A DNA stretch of 64,000 nucleotides from Patescibacteria group bacterium (GTDB taxonomy: Bacteria; Patescibacteriota; Minisyncoccia; UBA6257; HR35). The notes beneath the pieces were generated by a model. That model did no database searches. It worked only from the letters and a program-made list of their open reading frames with translations, and had not been told where the DNA came from. Below, piece after piece: positions 10,990 to 20,727 of this stretch. Numbering within the stretch: the first letter of the stretch is position 1; each line of letters opens with the position of its first letter. The position numbers were made by a program, and so were the translations under genes. The stretch is from NCBI GenBank assembly GCA_030549845.1, contig JAUQQN010000001.1, forward strand, positions 133,668 through 197,667, given 5' to 3'.

Positions 10990-11400
10990 TTAGAAAAACA
11001 CCTTATAAATAAAAATTATGAAAGAGGAAAATAAAAAATTTATTAGAAAAATGTAAAAAAACAAATTAAAACTTTGTAACTTTAAGAAATAAAATATTGA
11101 AAAAATATAAATTGCTTGCATTAAAAAATTTAAAAGAAAAACCAAGTTCTTGCTTTCAAAACTTACGAATTTTTTAAGAAATAGTAACAAAAGAAAGAAG
11201 CCTCCTATAATTAATCCAGTAAATCCCAGTGGAATATACAACATTAAATCATTAATCAAAGACGAAGCTAAAAATAAAATCCAGAAGCTCTTGTAGCTTT
11301 TTAAAAAATAGATTAATAAAAATGGTAAGAAAAAAAACAAAATATTATTTGTCAAAACTTTAAAGACAATATCTAAAAAAAGTAAGATTAAAAGCATCAT
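10990..11400 (-). CDS. mreD: rod shape-determining protein MreD (polytopic membrane)
   Basis: 136-aa very hydrophobic protein between mreC and pbp2; assignment rests on synteny. Confidence 0.5.
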   Translation of the reverse strand: MMLLILLFLDIVFKVLTNNILFFFLPFLLIYFLKSYKSFWILFLASSLINDLMLYIPLGFTGLIIGGFFLLLLFLKKFVSFESKNLVFLLNFLMQAIYIFSIFYFLKLQSFNLFFYIFLINFLFSSFIIFIYKVFF

Positions 11401-12149
11401 TGAACTATAATAAGTTTACTTGAATTAAAATCAGCCAAAGGGGTTACATATAGTTTTTGCGTATTTCCTAAGTTCTCTATTTTAAAAATTTCTCCTATCA
11501 AAAACCCTTTAGGGAAAATTTCATCACCACCTGTCATTAAAAGATCACCAACTTTTATTTTTAGCTTTGGATCAACAAAATTAACTTCTATATAACCTAC
11601 GCCTGTGGTTTTTGCAAGTCCTACATTTATTCCATCTAAATTATTAACATTAAATTGAATATTAGGATAGTTTAACGAGATTATTTCTAAATACCCTGAT
11701 TTTAATATTTTTCTTACAAATCCAACAAGCATCCAATTTTCATCTATTACTATTGAATTTATTTTTACTTCTTTTTGAGAATGAGCATAAATTATCCCAA
11801 ATTGGCTAGATATTTGCTTTGCTTCAGCTACGTTAGGATACCTTTCTTTTATTAATTCAAGTGATTTTAGAAAAAGTTTCTCTTGTTCTGCTATTTTAAT
11901 TTGTGCTAGTTGTTTTAATAAGTTGTAATATTTTTCCCTATAAGAATCTTCTTGCGTAAAGAAAAGAGAATTTTTTAATTTTTGGAGAACGTTCTTAGAA
12001 ATATTTTGAAAGTTTAAAAAGAAAATATAACCTTTTTCATATTCAGAAGCTAGAGCTTTATTGAAATTGGTTAAAAAGATTAAAATAACAAAGAGATAAA
12101 TAAGTATAAATTTTTTTTCAAAATCCCTCATTTTTGTAAATTTTACCAA
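11397..12149 (-). CDS. mreC: rod shape-determining protein MreC
   Basis: N-terminal TM, coiled-coil region, C-terminal beta domain; follows mreB. Confidence 0.65.
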   Translation of the reverse strand: MVKFTKMRDFEKKFILIYLFVILIFLTNFNKALASEYEKGYIFFLNFQNISKNVLQKLKNSLFFTQEDSYREKYYNLLKQLAQIKIAEQEKLFLKSLELIKERYPNVAEAKQISSQFGIIYAHSQKEVKINSIVIDENWMLVGFVRKILKSGYLEIISLNYPNIQFNVNNLDGINVGLAKTTGVGYIEVNFVDPKLKIKVGDLLMTGGDEIFPKGFLIGEIFKIENLGNTQKLYVTPLADFNSSKLIIVQ

Positions 12150-12152
12150 AAT

Positions 12153-13160
12153 TTAAATTAAACAAAATTTTTTATAATAATCAAAATTTTCAATAATCCT
12201 TCCTAGCCCCAAAACAACTGAGTGTAAAGGATTTTCTAATAAATTTATATTTGTATTTAAGTTTTTTGCTAAATAATCATCTAACCCTTCTATTAAACTT
12301 CCTCCTCCAGTTAGATATATTCCATTATTTACTATATCTCCTATTAAATCTGCCGGTGTTGAGTTTAAAATATCTTTTATTTCGTCGACCAGATCTTCTA
12401 AATTTTGCTGAATTGCCTCTCTTAAATCTTGACTTGATACAACAACTTCTTTAGGTAAAGTTGTGATAGCATCTCTTCCTCTTAAAGTATAAAAATTATT
12501 TTTACCCACTATGGAACCTATTGCTTTTTTAGCTTCTTCAATTTGACTTTCACCTACAATTAAGTTATATTTAACCCTTACATAATTTAAAAAGCTTTGA
12601 TTAAACCTATCGCCTGCTATTTTTATACTCTTTCCAATAACTATTCCTCCTAATGAAATTACCGCTATTTCTGTTGTACCTCCACCGATATCTATTATCA
12701 TCAAGCCTTTAGCTTCATCAACCTTTAAATTCCCTCCTAATGCTGCTGCTATTGGTTGTTCAATTAAATGGACTTTTTTAAAACCAACAGAAAGCCCAGC
12801 TTCTACTACGCTCCTTATTTGAACCTCTGTTAAATTTAGTGGTATTCCTATCAAAACAATAGGCCTGAATAGTTGAAAATATTCCTTTTGTAATATTTCA
12901 AAAATTTTTCCTAAATATGCTTGAGTGGCTTCAAAATCCGTAATAACTCCAAAATTTATTGGTTTCACTACCGAAATGTTTTGTGGAGCTCTCCCCATCA
13001 TTTTTTTTGCTATCTCACCAATTGCAATAATACTCTGACTTCTTTTATCAAATGCAATAATTGAAGGTTCTTCAAAAATTATTCCCTTATTTTTCAAATA
13101 AACTAATGTATTGGATGTTCCAAGGTCTATACCTAAATGAAGTTGAAATGTTATTTTCAT
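12153..13160 (-). CDS. mreB: rod shape-determining actin homologue MreB
   Basis: DLGTSNTLVY phosphate-1 motif, DIGGGTTEIAV, actin/Hsp70 fold; 335 aa. Confidence 0.9.
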   Translation of the reverse strand: MKITFQLHLGIDLGTSNTLVYLKNKGIIFEEPSIIAFDKRSQSIIAIGEIAKKMMGRAPQNISVVKPINFGVITDFEATQAYLGKIFEILQKEYFQLFRPIVLIGIPLNLTEVQIRSVVEAGLSVGFKKVHLIEQPIAAALGGNLKVDEAKGLMIIDIGGGTTEIAVISLGGIVIGKSIKIAGDRFNQSFLNYVRVKYNLIVGESQIEEAKKAIGSIVGKNNFYTLRGRDAITTLPKEVVVSSQDLREAIQQNLEDLVDEIKDILNSTPADLIGDIVNNGIYLTGGGSLIEGLDDYLAKNLNTNINLLENPLHSVVLGLGRIIENFDYYKKFCLI

Positions 13161-14401
13161 TTCTTTATTAATTTTAATAATTGTTCAATTGTAATTTGTT
13201 TATAATTTTTCTCTTTTCTATGCTTAAACTCAAATTTTTTGTTTTTCAGATAATTTTCGCCAATTACAATTCTATATGGAATCCCTATTAAATCACTTTC
13301 AGCAAATTTTTCTCCGGCACTTATGTTTCTATCATCAAAAAGTACTTCTATATTTTCATTTAATAATTTAAAATAAATTTCTTTTGCATATTTCTCTAAT
13401 TTTTCATTTTTCTTTTTATCTTTCCCTAAAATTAAAATTATATGTATTTTAAATGGAGCTACTTCTTCTGGCCATATTATACCTTTTTCATCATTATATA
13501 CTTCTACTATAGCTCCCATAAGTCTTGTAACTCCTATACCATAGCAACCTGCATGAACTAATTTTGCTTTATTATCTCTATCGATATAGTAAACATCGAA
13601 GGCCTCAGAAAATTTTGTACCTAAATTGAAAGTATTGCCTACTTCTATCGCTTTTAGTTCTTCTAATTCTTTTTTACAGTTTTTACAATTTTTTGAAGTT
13701 AGGATTTCTTTATTCCAAGCTATTTTACATCTTTTGCAATAATAAATTATATCTTCGCCAGCAGGAGTTGGAACTTGAAATTCTGTAGAATAGGTTGAAA
13801 ATGTTCCACCTGATGCATAAGTTTCAATAGCTCTTAACCCACATCTTTTGAAAATCTTTAGATAAGTTTTATCCACCAATTTTTTAAATTTCTCTACTTC
13901 CTCATTATTTCTATGAAAAGAATAGAGATCTTTCATGATAAACTCTCTATTTCTTAAAAGACCTGACTTTGCTCTTAATTCATCTCTGTACTTTGTATGT
14001 ATTTGGTATAAAGCTATAGGCAAATCTTTATAAGAATTTATAAGTTTTTTTGCTAAAGGGAAAATTATTTCTTCATGTGTCGGAGCTAAAGAATATTCTG
14101 AGCCTGTTTGACTTTTAGTTTTAAATAAAACATCAAATTTCTCCCATCTTCCTGTTTTTTCCCAATATTCTTTGGGATGCAAATTTGTAAGCAAAAGCTC
14201 TTGACAGCCAATTTTATTAAGCTCTTCTCTTATTATATTTTCAATTTTATCAATAACTCTTAAACCTAAAGGTAAAAAATTATATATTCCTGAAGAAACC
14301 TTTTCTATAAATCCTGCCCTTATCAAAAGTTTAGCATTCCTTGATTCTTCATCAGATGGCTCTTCTTTATAAGTTTTATAAATAAATTTTGATTGCAACA
14401 T
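13157..14401 (-). CDS. proS: proline--tRNA ligase (short form, no INS editing domain)
   Basis: Near-collinear with E. coli ProRS catalytic core (NFLPLGLRV, APTHEE, YQIHTKYRDE, REFIMKDLYSFH); 414 aa. Confidence 0.85.
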   Translation of the reverse strand: MLQSKFIYKTYKEEPSDEESRNAKLLIRAGFIEKVSSGIYNFLPLGLRVIDKIENIIREELNKIGCQELLLTNLHPKEYWEKTGRWEKFDVLFKTKSQTGSEYSLAPTHEEIIFPLAKKLINSYKDLPIALYQIHTKYRDELRAKSGLLRNREFIMKDLYSFHRNNEEVEKFKKLVDKTYLKIFKRCGLRAIETYASGGTFSTYSTEFQVPTPAGEDIIYYCKRCKIAWNKEILTSKNCKNCKKELEELKAIEVGNTFNLGTKFSEAFDVYYIDRDNKAKLVHAGCYGIGVTRLMGAIVEVYNDEKGIIWPEEVAPFKIHIILILGKDKKKNEKLEKYAKEIYFKLLNENIEVLFDDRNISAGEKFAESDLIGIPYRIVIGENYLKNKKFEFKHRKEKNYKQITIEQLLKLIKK

Positions 14402-14503
14402 TAAAAAATTATAAAAATTAGGAAAAGAAAAAGCAATATTGAGTTAAAAGATTAATAGCGAAAAAGAGTAGCAAATCTTCTTCTTATTAAAGTTATAAAA
14501 AGA

Positions 14504-15793
14504 TTAATCTCTAAAAACAAATTCCAAAATTTCGTTCTGGCCTGGATCTGGACACCAATTAAGGGAATAAATACCTACTTCATTATCACCAACTGCTCTT
14601 CCATCAGAATAAACTCCATCAGTAATATAGTTACAATTAAATGGCCATGCTAAATGCTCTATAGTGCCATTATTATCTGTACCTCTGCTTGCTGTGCCGC
14701 CCTCCTTCCCACTAATCCAATTACCTGTTGCCGGGTTATATTTAATGTGAGGTATGATAGCTGCTTTATTAAACGAGCCTTTCCATATTTCATAATGACT
14801 TACTGTACAACCATCTTCATCGCCACAAAGTTCATGAAAGGCTGACATATCAAGTGGAATCGTAGTTTTAGTAAGTAATTTATGTCTTCTTACATAACTT
14901 ACTAATTTATTATTAACATATTTGTAGATATCTTCAGCTCCTTCAATTTTTTTAGTGTTTTTTGTAAGATTACTTGGAAGACTAGGAACAGTAAATACTT
15001 GGTCAGGGTTAGTATTTGGATCAGCTAAAGGAACATCTACTTGCATCCACCAATTTCTGTTACAGCCATAGTTATTCCCTAAAAATTGTCTTCCGGTTAA
15101 CCTCACGTCATTAGGTGTATTCCTATAAATTGCCCAAGGAAGGCCTAACCTACCTCCACCTCCATATCCTTTGCCTCCTGTTGCTCCAGTTATTACTACT
15201 GGTTCATCTTGAGCTACTTTGTCCCAATCCCACTCTATTATTAAGAAACTTTTAGTATCATCAAAGTAATAAGGTCCGCAGCTCCATTCTCCACCACACC
15301 TAAAATTAATATACCAATTTCCTCCCTCGCTATTGTCTAAATCAATATGAAAGCCAGACCCTCCTCCATTTAAATTAGTAAATCTTATCTGCCCTTTATT
15401 TCCTACTTTTTTATAAATATATAACCCAAACTCCTCGGCACATATAGGGCCATTAACATTGAATATAGCTCTATTTAAACCTCTCACAACAGTGTAATTT
15501 CCTCCACCTGATTTTTGACTATCTACATACTCTTTTGTTGCAACTTGTTCTGGCGGTGAGTTTTCAGAAGGAGTTTGAGTAAAAAGAGGAGCTAGTTCAA
15601 ATTGATTAGTTCTACCAGCAATTTTTTTCAAAAACTTAAATCCTTCGTTTGCTGTTTTAAATACTGTGTATTTTTGTTGGGTTTGTTGTGCTTTGATTTG
15701 AGGAAGTGGGATTGTTAATATAAGTAGGGTTAAGAAAGAAAGTAAGATTCCTGTAAAGATTCCTATAAGTATTTGCTTTTTATTGTTTTGCAT
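14504..15793 (-). CDS. secreted/surface hypothetical protein (N-terminal signal anchor, Gly/Trp/Cys-rich)
   Basis: Hydrophobic N-terminus MQNNKKQILIGIFTGILLSFLTLLILTIPLPQIKAQ; no known domain; AGTTATCCACAA motif lies 62 nt upstream. Confidence 0.45.
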   Translation of the reverse strand: MQNNKKQILIGIFTGILLSFLTLLILTIPLPQIKAQQTQQKYTVFKTANEGFKFLKKIAGRTNQFELAPLFTQTPSENSPPEQVATKEYVDSQKSGGGNYTVVRGLNRAIFNVNGPICAEEFGLYIYKKVGNKGQIRFTNLNGGGSGFHIDLDNSEGGNWYINFRCGGEWSCGPYYFDDTKSFLIIEWDWDKVAQDEPVVITGATGGKGYGGGGRLGLPWAIYRNTPNDVRLTGRQFLGNNYGCNRNWWMQVDVPLADPNTNPDQVFTVPSLPSNLTKNTKKIEGAEDIYKYVNNKLVSYVRRHKLLTKTTIPLDMSAFHELCGDEDGCTVSHYEIWKGSFNKAAIIPHIKYNPATGNWISGKEGGTASRGTDNNGTIEHLAWPFNCNYITDGVYSDGRAVGDNEVGIYSLNWCPDPGQNEILEFVFRD

Positions 15794-15854
15794 GTTTTTG
15801 TTATTGGATTAATTTATTAAATTTTAAAATTGAAATTTTTTATGTCAAATAAAA

Positions 15855-15866
15855 TTGTGGATAACT
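15855..15866 (-). promoter_or_regulatory. AGTTATCCACAA element (contains a perfect DnaA-box consensus TTATCCACA); copy 1 of 4
   Basis: Exact 12-mer shared with 29959..29970 and 35906..35917; lies upstream of a secreted-protein gene in the same relative orientation. Confidence 0.45.
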
Positions 15867-16473
15867 ATTTTTTAGTATATTCTACGATTTTATCAATTAA
15901 TCCATATTCTTTTGCTTCTTCTGCTGATAAATAAAAATCTCTATCAGTATCTTTTTCTATTTTCTCTAATGGTTGTCCTGTATGTTTTGCTAAAATTTGA
16001 TTTATTTTTGATTTTATTTTTAATATTTGCCTTGCTGTAATTTCAATCTCAACTGCTTGACCTGCTGCTTCTCCCATTACTTGATGAAGTAAGATTTCTG
16101 TATTAGGAAGAGCCATTCTTTTTCCTTTTGTCCCTGCTGCAAGTAAAATTGCAGCCGCAGATGCTACCATTCCAAGCCCAATAGTTACAACATCAGGTTT
16201 TACAAATTGCATAGTATCATAAATAGCTAATGCTGAAGTTACAACTCCTCCTGGAGAATTTATATAAAAATAAATATCTTTTTCTGGATCTTCATGTTCT
16301 AAAAATAAAAATTGAGCAATAATCAAATTTGCAACCTGATCTGTAATTGGAGTCCCTAGAATTACTATTCTATCTTTTAACAATCTTGAATAAATATCAT
16401 AAGCCCTTTCTCCATGTTGAGTTTTTTCTATTACATAAGGAATAAGTTGCATGTGTTTTTCAATCTCTTTCAT
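15865..16473 (-). CDS. clpP: ATP-dependent Clp protease proteolytic subunit
   Basis: [21 protein letters not shown], catalytic Ser in [11 protein letters not shown], His in LLHQVMG; 202 aa. Confidence 0.9.
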   Translation of the reverse strand: MKEIEKHMQLIPYVIEKTQHGERAYDIYSRLLKDRIVILGTPITDQVANLIIAQFLFLEHEDPEKDIYFYINSPGGVVTSALAIYDTMQFVKPDVVTIGLGMVASAAAILLAAGTKGKRMALPNTEILLHQVMGEAAGQAVEIEITARQILKIKSKINQILAKHTGQPLEKIEKDTDRDFYLSAEEAKEYGLIDKIVEYTKK

Positions 16474-16483
16474 TTTAAATTTA

Positions 16484-17056
16484 TTATAATATTTTTCTAT
16501 TTAATATCCAAATCATAAAAACAAAAAGAATTATTGTCCTATAATGGATACCTAAAGGAGAGAGATATAAAACCCAAAAAATTTCTAAAGAAAAAATTGT
16601 TTTTAATAATGAATTAAGTAGGTTTTCTTTAAACCCAAGAAACATTATCAAAAATACAATCAAAGGGAACAAAATTGAGATAAGAAATAGTGTAAAAAAC
16701 TGAAAAAGATTGTTAGAAATAAAAACAAAAAGGAGTAGATTTAAAACCCAACCTAATTTGCTATTTTTTATAAAAAGAAAATAATAAAAAGGCCAAATTA
16801 AAGTAAGATAAATTTGATTTAAATCTAAAATATAACTAAGTAAAATAAGGAAAGATGGGGTCAAAATTGAAGATAAGAAAATTTCTGGTCCCCTAAGATA
16901 ATAAAAATTGAAAAAAATTAAAAAAATAAAAAGTACAAAAGAAAAATATGGGTTTTTTAAACTTAAATAAAAAAATAATGTAGTAGACGCTAAGGCTAAA
17001 ATTAAAAGTAGATTATTAAATATCGAGCTCTTTAGCCTGCTTAGCATAAGTTTCAA
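16484..17056 (-). CDS. hypothetical polytopic membrane protein
   Basis: 190 aa, ~6 hydrophobic helices, no motif. Confidence 0.4.
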   Translation of the reverse strand: MKLMLSRLKSSIFNNLLLILALASTTLFFYLSLKNPYFSFVLFIFLIFFNFYYLRGPEIFLSSILTPSFLILLSYILDLNQIYLTLIWPFYYFLFIKNSKLGWVLNLLLFVFISNNLFQFFTLFLISILFPLIVFLIMFLGFKENLLNSLLKTIFSLEIFWVLYLSPLGIHYRTIILFVFMIWILNRKIL

Positions 17057-18917
17057 TAAATTTTCTTCGTGGTTCGACCTCTGTGCCCATTAAAATTGTA
17101 AATAATTCATCAGCTTTTTCTGCATCTTTTATAGTTACTTTTCTTAGAATCCTTGTTTCTGGGTTCATGGTAGTAGCCCACAATTCTTCGGGATTCATTT
17201 CACCTAATCCTTTATATCTCTGCACATCAATATTGATATTTCTCCTTTTTGTTTGAATTTCCTTTATTAATTTATCTTTTTCTTCATCTGAATAAGCATA
17301 ATAAATTTCTTTGCCTGCTTGAATCTTGTAAAGAGGAGGATGAGCTATGTAAATATATCCTTTTTCTACTAAAGGCTTAAAGTACCTATAAAACAATGTT
17401 AAAAGTAAAGTTCTTATGTGATGGCCATCAGAATCAGCATCAGTAGCTATTATTATTTTTGAATACCTTAAATTATCAATATTAAAATCTTTTCCTATCC
17501 CTGTTCCTAAAGTTATTATTAAATCTTTGATTTCTTTCGATTTTAAAATTTTATTTAAGCTTGCCTTTTCAACATTTAAAATTTTACCCCTAAGAGGAAA
17601 TACTGCTTGAAAAATTCTATCTCTTCCCTGTTTTGCACTTCCCCCAGCACTATCTCCTTCTACAATAAAGAGCTCTCTTTTGGAAAAATCTTTTGTAGAA
17701 CAATCAGCTAATTTGCTTGCTAAAATTAATGAACTTGAAATTCTTTTTTTCAAAACTGCTTCTTTTGCACTCTTTTCTGCTTCTCTTACTTCTAAATTAA
17801 CGGAAAGTCTATTTAAAATATTTTTTGCTTCATCTGGATTTTTGCCAAAATACTCTTTCAAAAAATTATATGTTTTAGATTCTACAAAACTTTTAACCTC
17901 AGGATTTCCTAATTTACTTTTTGTTTGACCCTCAAATTGCGGTTCAGGAATTTTCAAAGAAATTATTGAATATAATCCTCCTTTTATATCTTCAGTGATT
18001 AGATTTTTATTGTTTTTAAGAATATTTAATTCTTTACCAACTTCATTAAAAACCCTAACTAAAGCATTTCTAAAACCTACAAGATGAGTACCGCCTTCTG
18101 GATTTAATATATTGTTTGTAAATGCTAATTCTTTTGTTTCTTGGTTTTCTATGTAATTAAAGCAAAATTCAAATTCTTTATCTTCTTCGTTAATCTTTCC
18201 ATATATATGATGAAAATTAATTAAGTTTTTATTTTTGGTTAAGTGATTTAAAAAACTTATAATTCCTCCTTCGAAATAAAAGCTATAACAAAAATCATCT
18301 CTTTCATCATAAAAATTTATCCTTAATTTTGGAGAAAGGTATCCTTGATGCCTTAAATAATCTAAAATTAGATCTCTATCAAAATTAATATCTTCAAAAA
18401 TTTTATTATCTGGCTCAAATATTATAGTAGTTCCTGTTTTGTTTGATGGTTTAACTTTCTTAACTGGATATTTTGGTACTCCTCTTTCATATTCCTGTAC
18501 CCATTCGTATCCATCTCTATAAACTATAGCTTTTAGATATTTTGATAAAGCGTTCACAACAGAAAGACCTACCCCATGTAAGCCTCCAGAGACTTTATAT
18601 ATTTTTTGAGAAAATTTACCACCTGCATGAAGATATGTAAGAACGGTCTCTAATGCAGATTTTTTTGTTTTTGGATGAATATCAACAGGAATACCTCTAC
18701 CATCGTCAGAAATTTGAACTCTATTATTTTTCAAAATTTTAACCTCGATATTTTTAGCATAACCTGCTAAGAATTCATCTATGCTATTATTTATTATTTC
18801 CCAGACTAAATGATGTAATCCTTCTTTCCCAGTTCCACCAATATACATTCCTGGTCTTTTTCTTACTGCTTCTATCCCCTCTAAAACTTGTATATCTTCT
18901 GCTTTATAAGTTGACAT
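17016..18917 (-). CDS. gyrB: DNA gyrase subunit B (type IIA topoisomerase ATPase subunit; ParE not excluded)
   Basis: GHKL ATPase N-terminus (VRKRPGMYIGGTG, LHHLVWEIINNSIDE), Toprim EGDSAGGSAKQGRDR, C-terminal GyrB tail; 633 aa. Confidence 0.85.
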   Translation of the reverse strand: MSTYKAEDIQVLEGIEAVRKRPGMYIGGTGKEGLHHLVWEIINNSIDEFLAGYAKNIEVKILKNNRVQISDDGRGIPVDIHPKTKKSALETVLTYLHAGGKFSQKIYKVSGGLHGVGLSVVNALSKYLKAIVYRDGYEWVQEYERGVPKYPVKKVKPSNKTGTTIIFEPDNKIFEDINFDRDLILDYLRHQGYLSPKLRINFYDERDDFCYSFYFEGGIISFLNHLTKNKNLINFHHIYGKINEEDKEFEFCFNYIENQETKELAFTNNILNPEGGTHLVGFRNALVRVFNEVGKELNILKNNKNLITEDIKGGLYSIISLKIPEPQFEGQTKSKLGNPEVKSFVESKTYNFLKEYFGKNPDEAKNILNRLSVNLEVREAEKSAKEAVLKKRISSSLILASKLADCSTKDFSKRELFIVEGDSAGGSAKQGRDRIFQAVFPLRGKILNVEKASLNKILKSKEIKDLIITLGTGIGKDFNIDNLRYSKIIIATDADSDGHHIRTLLLTLFYRYFKPLVEKGYIYIAHPPLYKIQAGKEIYYAYSDEEKDKLIKEIQTKRRNINIDVQRYKGLGEMNPEELWATTMNPETRILRKVTIKDAEKADELFTILMGTEVEPRRKFIETYAKQAKELDI

Positions 18918-18919
18918 TT

Positions 18920-19258
18920 TTAAATTTTCGTTGTTAATCTTATATCAAAAATTCTATCTATACTTATTAAACTCGGCCCAACAGAAATTAAAATTATAAA
19001 ATAAGCTATTAAAAGAAGTTTGACCAAATCTATTCTTTTTTCTTTAATTATTAGTACTAAATTTGCTAAAATCCAAAATAGAGAAATCAAAGAAGTCAAA
19101 AAGCCTGTTGCTATCATAAAACTTGATATAAAATAAATTAAGCTTTTCAATTTATTTTCTTTAAATTTATTTAAACCAAAATTAAAATATACATATCCCA
19201 CAATTAAACGAGATAAAAAAATTCCTAGAAAATCAAAAGCCCACAAAAATTGTATCAT
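18920..19258 (-). CDS. small membrane protein, DoxX-like
   Basis: 112 aa, LSRLIVGYVYFNFGLNKF resembles the DoxX LRIxLGxxFxxxGxxK motif. Confidence 0.4.
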   Translation of the reverse strand: MIQFLWAFDFLGIFLSRLIVGYVYFNFGLNKFKENKLKSLIYFISSFMIATGFLTSLISLFWILANLVLIIKEKRIDLVKLLLIAYFIILISVGPSLISIDRIFDIRLTTKI

Positions 19259-20291
19259 GGAGAAAGCTTACTTTAACGTAATAAATCAAATTTTCAAGCC
19301 TTACCAAGCTTCTATACTTAAATTATATCAAAAATTTAGAAGTTTTGAAAAAGTTTACGACTATTTAAAGAGAAATAACAAATTAAAAGAAATAGATATA
19401 GAAAAAGAATATGAAAAAGTAAAAAAATTAGACATAGAAGTGGTTACATTAAGCGAAAATGGGTATCCGGAGGTTTTAAAAAATATTGATAGTCCTCCGC
19501 TTGGTTTTTATGCATTAGGAAATTTAAAAATTTTAAAAGAGGAAACCTTATTTGTAGCAATTGTTGGAACAAGAAAGGCAAGCAATTATGGAAAGGAAAC
19601 ATCTTTTAGATTTTCTAAGGGTTTATCAAATTTAGGAGTCATTATTGTAAGTGGATTAGCTTATGGAATAGATGAGTATGCTCATAAAGGCGCAGTTGAT
19701 GTAGGGTCTAAAACAATTGCAGTATTAGGAGAAGGAATTGATTTGGTATTAAATTCTCCAAAAAGAAAATTAGTTGAGAAAATTTTGGAAAATGACGGTT
19801 TAATAATATCTGAATATTCTTTATCCACACCTGCTATGCCTTATCATTTTCCTTTAAGAAATAGAATAATTGCTGGATTGAGTAATGCAGTATTGGTAAT
19901 TGAAGCACCAATAGATTCTGGAGCACTTATTACAGCAAATTATGCTTTAAAGTATGGGAGGGAGATTTTTGTTGTCCCTGGTGAAATAACTAATAAAAAT
20001 TTTGAAGGAAGCCATAATTTAATTAAGCAAGGAGCAAAACTTGTAACCTCTATTGAAGATATCTTAGTTGAGTTTGGAATTGATTATAAAGAAAAAAACA
20101 AAGTTAAAAAATTGAAGTTATCACCAAGAGAAGAAATTATTATTGAATCTTTACAAGTTAAAGAAAAGACAATAGAAGAATTAAGTAAAGAAACAAATTT
20201 CCCTATTCAAGATTTATTGGTCTTATTAACTCATATGGAAATAAAAGGCTTAATAAAAAACAAAGAGGGTAAGTTTTATTTGAATTTGTAA
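19257..20291 (+). CDS. dprA: DNA-processing protein A (natural transformation, ssDNA protection)
   Basis: Rossmann-like DprA core (VGTRKAS..., GLAYGIDEYAHKGA, VVPGEI), C-terminal winged-helix-like tail; 344 aa. Confidence 0.85.
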   Translation: MEKAYFNVINQIFKPYQASILKLYQKFRSFEKVYDYLKRNNKLKEIDIEKEYEKVKKLDIEVVTLSENGYPEVLKNIDSPPLGFYALGNLKILKEETLFVAIVGTRKASNYGKETSFRFSKGLSNLGVIIVSGLAYGIDEYAHKGAVDVGSKTIAVLGEGIDLVLNSPKRKLVEKILENDGLIISEYSLSTPAMPYHFPLRNRIIAGLSNAVLVIEAPIDSGALITANYALKYGREIFVVPGEITNKNFEGSHNLIKQGAKLVTSIEDILVEFGIDYKEKNKVKKLKLSPREEIIIESLQVKEKTIEELSKETNFPIQDLLVLLTHMEIKGLIKNKEGKFYLNL

Positions 20292-20313
20292 TTGCAAAAA
20301 TTTGGAGTATAAT
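20286..20313 (+). promoter_or_regulatory. sigma-70-type promoter TTGTAA-16-TATAAT driving the downstream small RNA
   Basis: TTGTAA at 20286..20291, 16-nt spacer, TATAAT at 20308..20313, immediately after the dprA stop codon. Confidence 0.45.
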
Positions 20314-20320
20314 TTATTTA

Positions 20321-20471
20321 AGAACACTAGGAAGGGCTGCCGAGTTCGGAGACCTCCGGGGAGGTGACGGGCCCCCGGAGAAAGGCAGCCCTTCCTATGT
20401 TATATATAGAGGGAGGCATGGGATTTTATATCTTATTTTAATTCTTCCCCTGCCTCCCTTTTTATTTTTTC
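20321..20471 (+). ncRNA. candidate small structured RNA, identity unresolved (SRP/4.5S-like is one possibility)
   Basis: Sharply GC-rich region: a 12-bp perfect outer stem (20330..20341 / 20384..20395) encloses an 8-bp inner stem (CTCCGGGG/CCCCGGAG). A second hairpin AGGGAGGCATGGG...CCCCTGCCTCCCT (20410..20459) followed by a T-tract (20460..20471) acts as terminator. Weak similarity of CCGGAGAAAGGCAGCC to the SRP domain IV consensus CCGGAAGGAAGCAGCC. Confidence 0.35.
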
Positions 20472-20667
20472 TTAATTCTATTTCTTATTATGGTAGCCAA
20501 AATTCAAAACCTCACAAGCTCGCCTTGAATCATTAAATAACAAATCAAGAAGACCTAAAAGATTAGGACAATCCAAAATCAATCCTCTAAAACAACCTCA
20601 ATCTGAATTTTCGTAATCTGATTACGAAAACTACGAAAACTAATAATTTTTCTTTTAGGTCCATCTA

Positions 20668-20695
20668 TTGACAAAAAAATAAAATTTGTTAAAAT
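20668..20695 (+). promoter_or_regulatory. near-consensus sigma-70 promoter TTGACA-16-TAAAAT for the lipoprotein gene
   Basis: TTGACA 20668..20673, 16-nt spacer, TAAAAT 20690..20695; strong SD AGGAGGTG at 20713..20720 lies 7 nt before the ATG. Confidence 0.55.
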
Positions 20696-20727
20696 TAGAG
20701 CGGAAATCTAGAAGGAGGTGTTGGGTA

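Noticed and set aside
20321-20471. Small RNA confidently called as SRP (4.5S) RNA
   Set aside because: Only partial similarity to the domain IV 3' strand, no clear GNRA tetraloop or symmetric loop, and the length of the main hairpin is short. It is kept as a candidate ncRNA of unresolved identity.
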